Below, in pieces: positions 24,926 to 37,984 of a stretch of DNA of 64,000 nt; positions within the stretch are counted from its first letter, which is position 1; each line of letters begins with the position of its first letter. Under the pieces are notes generated by a model. It worked only from the letters and a program-made list of their open reading frames with translations. It did not search any database and was not told the DNA's origin. Position numbers and translations under genes: made by a program. The stretch comes from Octopus sinensis. Lineage: Eukaryota. The stretch covers positions 47,864,001 to 47,928,000 of the forward strand of contig NC_043007.1 in NCBI RefSeq assembly GCF_006345805.1. The letters are read 5' to 3'.

Positions 24926-27830
24926 ATGCCGGATCCTAGTCCTACCTCCTCACCCTCCATCACCGTTTGAAGGATCATCTACGTTCGCTTCCTGTATATT
25001 GCCTTCAGCCGTCCGTTAATCTCTCTCTACTTTCTTTTTAAAAAAACCCGCTTCTCTAGCCATGTCTCTTTCCTAAGCCGCTGCCTACATCACCGACTCA
25101 TCCTAAAGGTTTCCGCCGCTCACTTCCACCCTGCTCTCCACTCGATTCTTCCATCTTACCCATACTCCGCACCACATCTTACCGCCTTATGCGGGCCACC
25201 ATTCGCTCCAATCTCTCCAAACTACATGCCATCACCGCCTTCTTCTCTTCCTCCTGCTTTCTCCACCTTTTCTCCTCCTCTCTGCCGCCTCTCTATGCCT
25301 CCAAACACGCTACGCTTCATTATCCATTTGAATCAACTCTTCCATCAATTCTTTCTGATACCAAACTTCGTAAACTCCAATCACTCTTCCATTCCACCCT
25401 ACCCGACGCCACTACCACCCACCCCACTCCTCCACCACCCTTCTCCCCTCCCGATAGGCTCCATCCACCCACACCTAACCCCACTGCCCCTCCCTACAAC
25501 CCCTTCTCCCCTCCCGTTAGGCTCCATCCACCTACACCTAACCCCGACTGCCCCGCCCAACCACCCCCACACACCTCCCCAATCCCTCCCCTCAGACCTC
25601 CACGAGACCTACCACCCTCCTACTTCTATTCCACCCCCCCTTCTCCACTTCCGTCTGTTGTTACCATTCCCCCCGATCTTCCCCTCTCTGCGGCTGAACG
25701 CTCCGTCCTTGTAGGGGTCTGCGTTTCATCCCCCTCACTCCATCCTGTAAGGAATTCCAGACGCGAGTTGATGTCCACAGCTTTGTGCGCCGTGTCCGGT
25801 TGGGTGCGCATTACCACGACTCGCCACCCACACCCACGAAGAGGACGACTGCTTCACTGGCCTGGGCCGCCGACCATCCCCGTGGACGCCTGCCCCTGGC
25901 CAGATCCTAGCAGTGGATCTTTTCCGCGGCGCTTGTCAGCGTGCATTGGAGCGGTTCAACTTCTCCAGGCGCCAACGCCGCCTCAACATCTCCCCGGCTG
26001 AGCTCTTGGCTCTTCGTTCCCTCCAACGGCGCGCTGACATTATCATCAAACCGGCTGACAAGGGTGGAGCTGTAGCGGTGTGGCGCGCGGACCTCTATAG
26101 GGCCGAGGCTTTCCGCCAACTCAATGACACCTCCTTCTATTCCCCTCTGCCCTCTAACCCCACACGTAGCTACCAACAGACGGTATCCTCTACCGTCCAA
26201 GACCTCATCTCGTCCTCCCGTCTCCCCCGCACCGCATCCACCTAATTGTGCGAACCCCACGTACCCCCCACCATTTACTTTCCTCCCAAAATCCACAAAC
26301 CCAACAACCCTGGCCGCCCCATCGTCTCCGCCTGTAACTGCCCCACGGAGCTCATCTCTAAATACCTTGACCGTGTCCTTGCCCCCCTAGTGGCATCTCT
26401 TCCCTCCCACATCCACGATACCAACCATGCTCTCCGGCTTCTCAACTCTTTCTCCTTTCCTCCCGGCTCCTCCAAAATCCTTTTACTATGGACATCCAAA
26501 GCCTCTATACTGTTATCCCTCACCACGAAGGACTGCAGGCCCTTCGACACTTTCTTGACCTCCGCTCTAACCCTGTACCTGACACCTCCACACTCATTCG
26601 TCTGGCCGAACTTGTCCTTACTCTGAACTGCTTCTCGTTCGCGGGCGAGTTCTACCATCAGGTCTCGGGAGTGGCCATGGGAACGTGAATGGGCCCCAAC
26701 TATGATGCGAACCTGTTCGTTGGCTATGTTGAGGCCCAAATATTCTCTAATTTCACTGGTCCCACTCCTGAACTATATGGTCGTTATATTGACGACATTA
26801 TCGTGCCACCTCACTCTCCCGCGAACATCTAGATTCCTTCCTCTCTTTCGTCCAATCTTTCCATCCAGCCCTCCACTTCACTTCCACTATCTATCTCCAA
26901 CACCTCTGTCTCCTTCCTCGACATTTCGGTTAGCATTCTTCACTCCACTCTTACCACCTCCATCACTACAACACACAGACTCACACTCATACCTCAACTT
27001 CTCTTCCTCCCACCCAGAACACACCAAGCTTTCCATCCCCTATTCCCAATTCCTCCGTCTACGTAGGCTCTGTAGTGACGACCATGACTTTGAGACTCAG
27101 TCTCAACGTATGGCTCACCACTTCACCCTACGTGGATACCCCCTCACCACTATCCACACCGCCCTTGCCAGAGCACGGTCCGTGGACCGTGTATCTGCTC
27201 TCTCTCCCCGAACCCGCCCTGTAGTCTCCCGCCTCCCTTTTCCCCTCACTTACCACCCCACGACCCTACGTCTCCACGCACCATTCTTCGAGCTTTCCGT
27301 CATCTCCAGTCCGACCCGTCCACTTCACACCTCTCTCCTAACCGACCCCTCCCCTCTTTCAAACGAGCCCACAACCTTCGAGACCTTTTGGTCCATAGCT
27401 CCTTCCCTGACCCTACCTCCCAACCCGGCTCGTTCCCCTGCTCCCGCCCACGTTGCCGCGCACTTGCCCTTACCTCTCCAACACACCCTCCTCACTAGCA
27501 CCCACCATCGACCCTATCCCATCATCCACTCCTTCACCTGCACCTCCAGCAATATTATCTATTGCATCTCTTGCTCTCTCTGCAATTCCTTGTACATCGG
27601 ACAAACGGGACGCCGCTTGGCTGACCGGTTCGCGGAACACCTTCGTGACATCCACCTTGCGAACGACACACCCGTCTCACGCCATTTCCGCTCCACCGGT
27701 CACTCCTTGCAACACCTATCTGTGTTTCGGTTTGTCCTTACACAGAGGCCATCCGGATTCCCGTTTGCGCCGTGAACAGGAATTAATCTTCTCTCTTCGC
27801 TCTTATACGCCTTTGGTCTCAACTCTCCCC
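24926..27830 (+). pseudogene. PLE polyprotein (N-terminal domain, RT, Zn-binding linker, GIY-YIG endonuclease), frameshifted
   Basis: HVSFLSRCL..RLI.KGF, IIIKPADKGGAVAV, PKIHKPNNPGRPIVS, MDIQSLYT.IP, GVAMGT, GRYIDD, CSRPRC.TC, SNIIYCISC..C..LYIGQTGRRL..RF.EH, REQELIFSL. Confidence 0.88.
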
Positions 27831-28428
27831 CCCTCCTCATCTAACCCCCCTCTTCCTCCCTCCCTCCTCCCTCACCTATCCTTTCTCCCCCCGACCCTAC
27901 TCTCATCTTCATCCTTTCACACCCACCCCTACTTCCTACTCCCCTTCCCTTCTTCCCTCTTTCTCCCTCCCTCTTCCCTTCCTCTGCTCCCTCACTCCTC
28001 TCTCCCCTCTCTCCCTCTTTCCTCCTTCATCCCCCTCCTCCCCTTCCTTCTCCCCCATACTCTCCTCCTCTTCCCCCTTCTCCTCCCCCTCTCTTACCCT
28101 CCCCTCTTCCCCCCTCTTCTCCCCCCTCCCCCTCTTCTCCTCACTACACCACATGACTTTACACATCACATCACATATGATGTGCCATACTAATACACAC
28201 CAACTAATACATACTAATACGTACTAATACATACTATACATACTAATACTTACACCAACCCTATACATACACACGTCCAGACCCCGCATACGCACTTATA
28301 CTCTCTCACACACACACACACATACCTATACATACCAATACGTACTAATACATACTAATACATACTAATACATACACCAACCCCATACATACGCACGTCC
28401 AGACCAATCTTACGCACTAATACTCTCT

Positions 28429-28463
<35 letters not shown>

Positions 28464-28838
28464 GTACATACTAATACACACACCAACCTATACATACCAC
28501 ACATCCAGACCCCTCCCACGCACTTTTAGCTGGTCCCTCAACCCGTTTATCAACCCCTATTATCTCCCCTTATTTCGCTCTCGCGTCTCATGTTTGATCT
28601 TTGACCTCTGGCCGAAATCAGATCGCCATGTGATTCGTTAGCTACTGCACGCATTTTTTTTCTCTCCTTCTTTTTCTGTTTTTTCTCTCTCTGTGTATCT
28701 TTCTGTTGAAGAGCGTAGGCTCGAAACGTTAAAGACTTGTTTTATTTATATTTCCTGAGCGCCATACTAATACATTGTTCGTTTTGTTTTCACCTGCCTC
28801 GTCTTTTGTTTATTTTCATAAAGCTTCCCGTTATATAT
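27656..28838 (+). repeat. 3' pseudo-LTR
   Basis: Near-identical to 23125-24317. Confidence 0.9.
28698..28735 (+). ncRNA. Minimal type I hammerhead-like motif (core CUGUUGA)
   Basis: Identical to 24177-24214. Confidence 0.65.
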
Positions 28839-28990
28839 ATTATGTATATACATGTATATATATATATGTAATATATATATGTATATATTAATATATATAT
28901 ATATATATATATAATATATATATATTTAATTATTATACACAATATATACATATATCTATATACAATTATATACATACATACATATAATAT

Positions 28991-29042
<52 letters not shown>

Positions 29043-29059
29043 TATATATATATTGTATA

Positions 29060-29567
29060 ATTGTTGCATGGTCGGGTCGTCGGCGACTAAACCGCGGCAA
29101 CCCCACCAAGCTCGCTTGGTGAGAGGTGTTTATTGTTCACCCTGCGGGATGAAAAACCAAAACCCGTCAAAGGGCGGAGGACCTCTTGAGAGTCACGACC
29201 ATAATAAATGTCTTACAGCTGATCATTCCGCGCGGGGACATAGAAATATCGGATTGAATACCCGATCGCACACAGTTAAACCATTGGGAGTGAAGGACCC
29301 CTAGCCTTTGTCAGGGCATCCTTCTAGGAGAAGGCAACTCAGGTAATTGGGATAACTCCGACATAAAACCTGCGGCTCAGTGGTTACCGATGATGTTGAC
29401 TTGTTCTTCTTTTCGGATTATGGCTGATGTTGATTAGTGAGTGGGATTGACTCAGTGTACAGCCTTTCCTCACTTAAAAAAATATCTTCTTGCACAGGCA
29501 TTGCACGATAACAACATTGATTAAGCTTCGTGCAATGGCCATACTCGATAACGAGGGGGCAGCCACC
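29060..29567 (+). mobile_element. Unclassified GC-richer, hairpin-rich ~0.5 kb element within (TA)n; possibly a non-LTR retrotransposon 5' UTR
   Basis: (TA)n on both sides; perfect hairpin CACCAAGC-TC-GCTTGGTG; GGGCATCCTTCTAGGAGAAGGCAACTC resembles RTE 5' UTR motifs (from recall). Confidence 0.4.
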
Positions 29568-29807
29568 ATATATATATAAATATATATATTTATATTTATT
29601 GATAGAAATGGTAAGACAACAAAAGAATGAAAGAGATCTCGATATTATGTAAATAGAGGAATTTATCTGTAAATATCATATTCGGTAGCCATGATAAAAT
29701 TCCGAGTTTCGGTTACTGAAGATATGGCGGCGTGGGTTCCCGCCCCGACATCCGAACTCGGAGTTTTATCATGGGTACCTAATAATTGTCACATATTATA
29801 TTTACAG

Positions 29808-29876
<69 letters not shown>

Positions 29877-30426
29877 CAGGGTCAGGCAAAATGATCTGAC
29901 ACATTTGTAGGTTAAATAAAAGCATTGTTTTTCGTTTCTTTTTCAGTTGCTGCCATGAATTGGACTTGTGAGCATCGCGCTTTCATTGTAGAAACGTTTA
30001 TCAAAACAAACGATTCTGTAACTGCAACACAAAGAGCGTTCCGTTTGCACTTCAATCTTGGTAGACATGATCCCGTACCAGCTCGAAACCCGATCTTGTT
30101 ATGGTTACCAACTTCAGAGCTACTGGATCTGCATTGAAACGAAAATCACCGTCCGACCTCGCACCGCCAGAACTTAAAGATTCAATTCAAGAAATTACTA
30201 ACGCCATTCCACATGAAATGACCCGCCGAGTTATTGACAAACTTTCGTGAACGCCTTCGACAGTGTGTGGACAATAATGGATTCCATTTGACTGGTTTAA
30301 TTTTTAAAACATAATGAAACAAAATGGCATTATATGTACTTTTCAAAAATAAAAACACTTTTTTGTTTCTTTACTCTCATTTGCCTTTTATTTAACCTAC
30401 AAATGTGTCAGATCATTTGCCTGACC

Positions 30427-30429
<3 letters not shown>
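29877..30429 (+). mobile_element. Internally deleted Tc1/mariner-superfamily element (DUF4817-type HTH) with both TIRs
   Basis: ~45-bp TIRs CAGGGTCAGGCAAA(A)TGATCTGACACATTTGTAGGTTAAATAAAA; TA TSD; N-terminus MNWTCEHRAFIVETFIKTNDSVTATQRAFR; C-terminus IPHEMTRRVID..RERLRQCVDNNG.HL. Confidence 0.9.
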
Positions 30430-30502
<73 letters not shown>

Positions 30503-30639
30503 CATATACATTACATATCCAAATTATATATATACATACATACATGCATTCATGCATAAACAACACATGCACATACACACATATAAATAGATCTAGACAT
30601 ATATACAGACAGATAGACAAACAGAACCAAAGAACCTAC

Positions 30640-31900
30640 AAAATAGTCTCCTGTCGGTACAACGACGAAGGAAAACGTCAAGAGCAACAAAAGAAACAAA
30701 GCTACTAACAGAACAACACGCAGACATGTCATCACACTAAAGAACAACAGGGGAATTCATAATCACAATCACAGCATTAAACACCAAGAGAAAGTACGAG
30801 AAACAAGCAGTAGCGACATCAAGAGCAACATCAACCAAACACAAAAACTATCAGCACCAATTACATTGTTGTAAATAGCAACACTGGTGAATACGCACCA
30901 AAACAACTTCAAGTAGAAACGAAAGGGGCGACATTTTGGGGATTCATTTCCCCAAACATCCAAAAACAGACTTTGAAGATGTCGCAAGCATCTACAAGTT
31001 ATTAATGAATAAATTTCCTCGTAGCGTCGGAATTTTCCGAAAAATAATGATGAAAAGACTATTGTGGAATGATTACTCGGCCTTCATGAAAACCACGATG
31101 TATGGCTATACTTAGATAAAAAAATTATGAATATATAAGTCCTTCGGATTGCTTGGAAGTAAGATCATTTACTCAACAATGATAGCTCAGGCTTGAATCT
31201 CGAGGTATGGGCAACCATTGTGGACTTGGGTGGCAAGTCGATCCTGCATTTCTCCAGGCGTCTAGAAGCTTTATTGAGAACGTGTAACTCTTTAGTACTA
31301 GTGGAGGACTTGAACGCATTTTTCCTGGAGCCAAAATCTAGAGACAAAATTATTGATAACCTCAGCTGACGGTTATTAACGTCAACAACAGATGGTAAAA
31401 CAATTTGAAGAAAGTGATTAGAACACAATCGATTAGGTTAGAAAAGAGTAGCGTGTGAAAAACTGAGAATATGTCAGTAGATTAGAAAGACGTGTTAACG
31501 AATTTAATCGAAGTGAAACACTGAGATTACGTTCTCAGAAGTATGGCGCAAAACATTAAGAAAAGAAAACCATCTGAAGGGCACAAGTGGCAGAGAGGCG
31601 ACATGATTACAAAGCCATGAATGGGACTTTCAGCGAGTGATACGGGTGCATGCTATTCTATTCTAGGCTGACGAACACATCTACCCAAGGATACTGTGAT
31701 CAGCTATATGGGATCGGTAGTGGATTGCAGAAAGGTGATTTTTCTGCCAACCTCAACTGATCGCAACGTTGTCATTGACGGAGGATGCAGAGTGCTACTT
31801 CAAAACAATTAGCAAGGGACACTTGCCTTAGTGGTCAGGCTGACCGTAAATTTTGAAGGGTTCCCCCGAGTAGCACTGGGATGCCTTACACCTTTCCGGA
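30640..31900 (+). mobile_element. Highly degenerate L1/Tx1-like fragments
   Basis: RRLEALLRTCNSLVLVEDLNAF resembles the APE LVLVGDFNA motif; the rest is weak. Confidence 0.35.
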
Positions 31901-32280
31901 AAATTTTACCTAGCTTGAATGTCTCTTCCACCACTTCTTTACGCATTTTTTAATGTAATCCCATCCTGGATCATGATGTACCGTCCATGACATTTTTGCC
32001 AACCTTTGTAGATAATAAAGAGAGAATTATTTATCTATTTATTTATGTGATTTTTCTTCGGAATTAGGTTCTGCGGTCAACGAAACAAAAGCTGTGGAGA
32101 ATAGGAATTACAGGGAAGGGATAGTGATTATAGAGTTAACGCTCGACATTGGACATTGTTATATATTGCCATATACATACATATATGCATGCATGCATGC
32201 ATCCATCCATCCATCCATGCATACATACATACATACATACATACATACATACATACATACATACATACATACATACGAAT

Positions 32281-33960
32281 TTGCTTAAAAAAACAATGGG
32301 TGCTGAGCTAGATGTACCAGATTGGCTGACGGTCGCACGGACTACTCTTATCTCCAAGAAAAAAGAGACCCATGTGGCCAAAAACTATAGGCCTATAACA
32401 TGCCTGAATGTTACGTACAAACAGTATACAGGTTGTCTGAATATGTTTCTCCAAAACCATTGCCAAACAAATGGTGTGATAACTGATGAACAGGCAAGAG
32501 GACAGAAAGGAGTTTGGGGTTGTGCTGAACAACTCAGCAAAGCTGTCCTTAAGGAAGCCAAACAACATCGCAGTAATCGCTTAATGATATGCATAGACTG
32601 TGCTTCATTTACGAATAATCGAATCACTATACCTTGCCAAAGATATATGGATTCTTTCGGAAACGATGAGAATGTTGCATACGTTGATATTGGGACTAAA
32701 GTCAGAATAACAAAAGAGTAGTTCTGCAGACTCTGGAAAATATGGAACTCAGAACTGTCTGCTTTTAAGAAGTCACAATGCTTTTGTAGTGCCAGTGCTA
32801 GTGCCGATATTTGGTATAATGGACAAGACACGCGATGAGATCCGCAGCCTCGACATCAAAAGTAGAAAGGTACTAACCCCCACTGGCAACTTCCACGTCA
32901 TGAGCGACACTGATAGTATTTATGCGAGACGAATTTATGGCAGTAGAGGCATGAGGTCATTCCAATCAGCCTTTGAATATCGCATTGCATCACTCAAACA
33001 ACACCTGCTGAACAGTAAAGAAAGAAATGAGTACATTCCATGCATACTCAAAAAATGAGAGCTACATCATCACTGTTGAAGAACTACTGTTCAGGTACTC
33101 TGAGAATACAACTGTCTCATGCGACCCAAAGGAAGTTGGACTGGCCTAAGTAAACAAAAGCTTGGAGGAGAAGCAGGTATCATATCAGAAAAAACGCAAT
33201 GCATAGGTACATACCCTGTAAGGTAGAGGATAACAACATTGACTGGAAGAGTAGCTCTCCTGGACCTGCGATAGATACATTACATCCCACCTAGAAGGAT
33301 ATGCCTTCGCTATCCAGGAATAGGAGACAGCTACTAAATACCTAATAAACAAGAGGGTCAAAGATATCACCAAACCTCCACGTTGTAATGAAAAAAATTC
33401 GGCTCAGCTAGACCAGTGTGGAGAATATCTCCTACATTGCTCCACAACGTCTATGAGATACTACCTGCCCCTGAAACATGGTATAGTCGCAAAGATTTTA
33501 CAATGCTATCCGCAAAAATGATTGCACTGGCATGTCAGAACTTGCGTGTATTCACATCTTTAAAAACAAAGAATACTGGTGTAACACTCCAATAAAAGCA
33601 TCAATTCGGTATAAGCATAACAGACCTGATATTGTTCTGTAGAACAGCAAACAAAAGTCATACACTGTTATAGAGGTCAGCTGCCGAGCAGATATGAATG
33701 TACCATCAAAAGTCCAGGATAACGAGAATATTTATGGTGAATTAAAGCAGAACTTATAGCTCTCATACCCCGACTGAGAATTCTTACCTGAACTTATCAT
33801 CGTAGGTACATTAGGTTTTGTACCAACAAGTTTACACAAAAACCTAGAAATATTCGGTTTCACGGAGAAAGAGTAAAAAAAAAACTGACGCGGTTTCATC
33901 AAATCCAATCTATAATTAGCATAGTGAAGATATATAAAACATTCCCTAGAATGTGATAGT
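32281..33960 (+). mobile_element. R4/Dong-clade non-LTR retrotransposon (RT + restriction-like endonuclease), degenerate
   Basis: PDWLTVARTTLISK, NYRPITCLN, EQ..GQKGVWGCAEQL, LDIKSRKVLT..GNFH, RPDIVL..IEVSC, IIVGTLG. Confidence 0.85.
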
Positions 33961-33964
33961 AACG

Positions 33965-34430
33965 GCAATTATAAATTTGGGTGCAATTGTGTAACACAAC
34001 AACATGTCCTTTACGTGGAAACTGCCAAGCAAAAAACATAGTCTACTCTTGTGAAATAATTACGGAAACGAATACTCTCACCTACATTGGTTATTCATCC
34101 GCTTGGAAATCTAGGTTCTATAACCATAGGTCATCATTTAGACACAAACATAAGGCTAATAGCACTTCCTTATCGCGTAGGATATGGGAACTTAAAGACG
34201 AAGATATTAACTTTAACCTTAGATGGTCCATAGTTGGATCGGCAACGATTTATAAAAATAATAGAGCTGGTTGCCAGTTATGTTCCTTAGAACTCTTGAA
34301 AATCATTAGATTCTCTGATAAGGACAAGCTAGTTAATAAAATATCGGAATTCAAACCAACTTGTATGCATAAATTGACTAAAACCTTCAAATACCATAAG
34401 CCTTAAGTCTCCATTATCAATTTTAATCCC
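33965..34430 (+). mobile_element. GIY-YIG endonuclease end of a second PLE lineage
   Basis: ORF 33981..34406: CPLRGNC..KNIVYSC, YIGY, WKSRFYNHRSSF, STSLSRRIWELK, CQLCSLE, CMHK. Confidence 0.85.
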
Positions 34431-35699
34431 TTCATGATCTTCTCATTAAAAATTTCATCATCTGCCCCCTCCTGCCACTGTTCGAGCATTGAATTAACAA
34501 GTCATGGGCTTACTCGGTTTACTTTCACCTAGCTAGATTCTGACTCCATATAGTACACACACAAAAAACAATCCGAAGACTTTAGACTTATTTATAGAGA
34601 ACATATCTAAATAATTTAGTCACTGACTCTAAAATTTAGAATATCGTTACCGTACACGTAGGTCCTATTAGCTAACACTAATAACTTCAATGATGTTTAT
34701 AACAATATTATACTAGTAATCATTGGTGGATAGGAACCTAAACTCTTTTAACTTCATATAACACTTCCTAAACAATTGAAATAAGAGTATAATTTACACA
34801 AGTGGATAGACTTGAAATTTCTCCAATTACTATTATATTATTACTATTATTAAAATTTTTCTTCGTACTTCATTTCATTTAATTTTATTCTTTACATTTT
34901 CACTTTGCTTTTTTACCCCTTCATTTTATTTTACCTCTTGGTAACCCATAATTATTTATCTTTTTATATATATCTTGTCAAGTATATTTTATGCATTTCC
35001 AAATATATTTGATGGGTTTTGATAGTTTTGATATTTTACATCTTTCTAATATCACCGATTTATTCTGTCAGTATTTTTACTACTTCTAATGCTGTTTCAC
35101 TATTATTTTTTTTAATGATTCTTGTAAAACTCTATTTTTAAAAAATGATTCTTACAAAACTCTATTCCTACAGAACCTTATATCTCTATATCAATTATTT
35201 CATTTATTGTTAATTTGCTACTCCCTTTTATCACTGATATATTTATTTCTTTTCTTCTTAAATCATTTCCTTCATTGATCATCCTTCATTTCAACTTGTT
35301 ACTTAATACCATTACTTATACACGCTTATTAAATATAAACTCAATCCAATCTATTTAACATTCACTCTATGCCGTATAGTGGTACAGTATGGGCAGATTT
35401 TGAAATCCAACGAACCTTTATACAAATATACCTTTTCAAAGAGATATGACAAACCCATTATAATGGGTAATACTACGTGTACTTTTTATTTTGTGATGTA
35501 ATCTTTGGACTAACAATGTTTACCATCTTTTATATCAATAATATACCTATGCTGATGTAATAACAGATTGTTTATAAAGCTTGAAACACGCGTACCGCGA
35601 TGTCCTTTGTGTTCCATTTTCAATTTATGTTTGATATGTTCTAACACCTCTGCCACTATCTGGTATATACAGGTGCTTACACTTATCAAGTATTCCCTC

Positions 35700-36776
35700 T
35701 AAACTTACAGTCAAAGCGCGATATTCGAGCAATTTTGCTGTTCAACTTCAAAAAAGGAGGTAAAGCAGCTGAAAAATTTGGTGAGGAAATGACCAGAGGA
35801 AATGATCAGTTCGAAAATGGTTTAAACGATTTCGCAGTGGAGACCTGAGCCTTAAAGATCGTGAACGTAGCGGATGCCCATCTGTCATCGATGACGATCA
35901 TTTAAAGACCGTCGTTGAGAAAGATCCACATAAAACAACTTGAGAACTGGCAAAAGAACTTCACGTTAACCAGAAAACTGCCTGCAGCCATTTGCATGCG
36001 ATCGGAAAATCCAAAAAGCACGACAAAGTGTACCACACGATTTGAAGGAAAATCAGAAAATGCACAGATATGAAATTTGCTCGTCGCTTCTTCTCCGTAA
36101 CCAGACCATTACTCGACAGTATTGTAACATGCAATGAAAAGCGGATTCTGTACAATAATAAAAGACGTTCTTCGCATTGGCTGGACAAAAATGAAGTGCC
36201 GAAAACCTTGCCTAAACCTGAGTTCTTCATAAAGACAGTTATGGTGATTTTTTGTTGGCGTACTGCTGGACTCATCCACTATAACTTCTTAAAACCTGAA
36301 AAAAATTATTGCTGCAGAAACATTGCCATGAAATTGCCAAAATGAACGAAAAGCTTCTATTCCTCCGTCCCAGACTGTTCAACAGAAGAAGGCCAATCAT
36401 TTTTCATGACAGTGCTCGACCATACGTTTCATTAATGATGTTCCAGAAGTTGAGAGAACTTGGCTACGAAGTTTTTCCCATTCAGCTTATTCCCCAGACC
36501 TTTCTCATACCGACCACTACTTTTTCAAGCACCTTGATGGTTTCCTGCGTGAGAAGGAATTAAAAAATCAAACCGATGCTGACAGTGCGTTCAAAGAGTT
36601 CATCAGATCCAGAACCCCATATTTTTATATTATCGGAATAAACAAACTTGTAACTTGTTGGCAAAAATGTGTTGATTGTAATGGTATTTACTTTGATGAA
36701 TAAAATTTCAGCATTGTTGAAATATATTGTGATGAATTTCATGTTTTAAAACGCTGCTTGCTTTTTACTCAGCAGT
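35700..36776 (+). mobile_element. mariner transposon, degenerate, 5' TIR not recognisable
   Basis: KWFKRFRSGDLSL.D.ERSG.P, VPHDL, IVTCNEK.ILYNN, FHDSARP, AYSPDL..TD..FFKHLD. Confidence 0.9.
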
Positions 36777-36779
36777 AAA

Positions 36780-37460
36780 AAAAAAAAATTGACGAGGGCT
36801 TGGGTCTGTGGTTTGTTACCCGGAATTCAACCCAGTGGATAGAGGATACTATCCGTCGGGGTCTGGGTGGAAGCGGCGCCAGGTTCCTCAATGAAAAAAT
36901 TCTTCCTGCGGCTAATTGGGTTGGGTCAAAAGCTGTTTTGACCCTGTGGACCCAATCAGCCATGAATCTGGTTATGCCAGATTTTTTGAAAATGGCCGGG
37001 TGCAAGTACCCGGTGATTCTTGAGGGTCACCACCCACCCAGGTGTCATTGATGCCTGGAGCCTGGCCATATAAAGAAAAACTGTCCTCAGGAACAAAGTA
37101 AAGTCTTGGAACAGTTGATTGAGACCTCAGTAGAAGAAGGAACGAAGGCGGTCTAGGAGACGGAGGACTCCTCAAAGAAGGGCCGCAAGAGGAAGAAGGT
37201 GAGCAACAATGGGTGCTCACCGAAGGATCCTAGGGATGAGGGAAGGGAGGCGAATCTCCCGGTCACGGAGGAGACGCACCCTCCCTCAGTTCAGAGAAAA
37301 GAAAAGAGGAAGAGGAAGAGAATCGGGACATTGCCGGCAGTCGGTGACATAGCACCGGAATGTCCCGGAACCTTGCCGGTAGGGGTTGTGCCACCGGCAG
37401 GGGAAAAGACACTGCTGAAGAGAATTGTGCCGCCAACAGTAGAATTGACTGCCTAGAACC
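36780..37460 (+). mobile_element. Gag/ORF1-like fragment with CCHC zinc knuckle (Tx1/L1-like)
   Basis: RCH*CLEPGHIKKNCPQ (C-x2-C-x4-H-x4-C) preceded by YPVILEG. Confidence 0.6.
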
Positions 37461-37519
37461 CGGAAGAAGATGAACTATTGGTCTTCTTCTGTGGCGGAGA
37501 GGTAGAAGAGGTGGTAGAA

Positions 37520-37690
37520 AAGCATCATAAGTACCGTTAACCTTTACACAGGATCCCGAATGGCCTCTGCAGATAGCTGTGGAAGTCATAACGTTGTCTG
37601 TGAGGTATAGGCTGCAGGGACTCGATGAGGAATATCGCTTGTGGCGGAGTATACGGGCACAAGCGATGTCGGGCAGGTTGAAAAGCCTCA
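37520..37690 (-). mobile_element. Possible Tx1 RT fragment in the opposite orientation
   Basis: SCVKVNG motif in ORF 37263..37589. Confidence 0.3.
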
Positions 37691-37984
37691 GCGTTATAAT
37701 GTTTATTGTATAATGTTTAATGTTTATTGCATGTTATTGTGTTTAAGAGGCTTAACGCCCCAATTTTTAAATGGACTATTAGTCCAAAATTTGTAAAACT
37801 GAAGAGGTTCATTACCTCGTCGTGTCTTTTTCTGTGAAAAAAGAAGAGAATAATGTTTTAGAGAAGCAAAAAATCGGAGGACGTTTTTGTCTTCTCCTAT
37901 TAATATCATCGTTTCATCAATGTCTTTGCCCAGCTCGCAAGCTACTTTGTATCACGCATTTATGGCAAAATTTTTGAAATAAAG

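Larger units (their letters stand above)
23125..28838 (+). mobile_element. Near-full-length Penelope-like element (Neptune-like) in partial-tandem form, inside (TA)n
   Basis: Direct repeats 23125-24317 and 27656-28838 enclose a single RT + GIY-YIG ORF; (TA)n lies on both flanks. Confidence 0.92.

Noticed and set aside
35547-35600. CTGATGT..GAAAC-ACGCGT hammerhead-like string
   Set aside because: Core A9 is altered and neither stem I nor stem II pairs convincingly.
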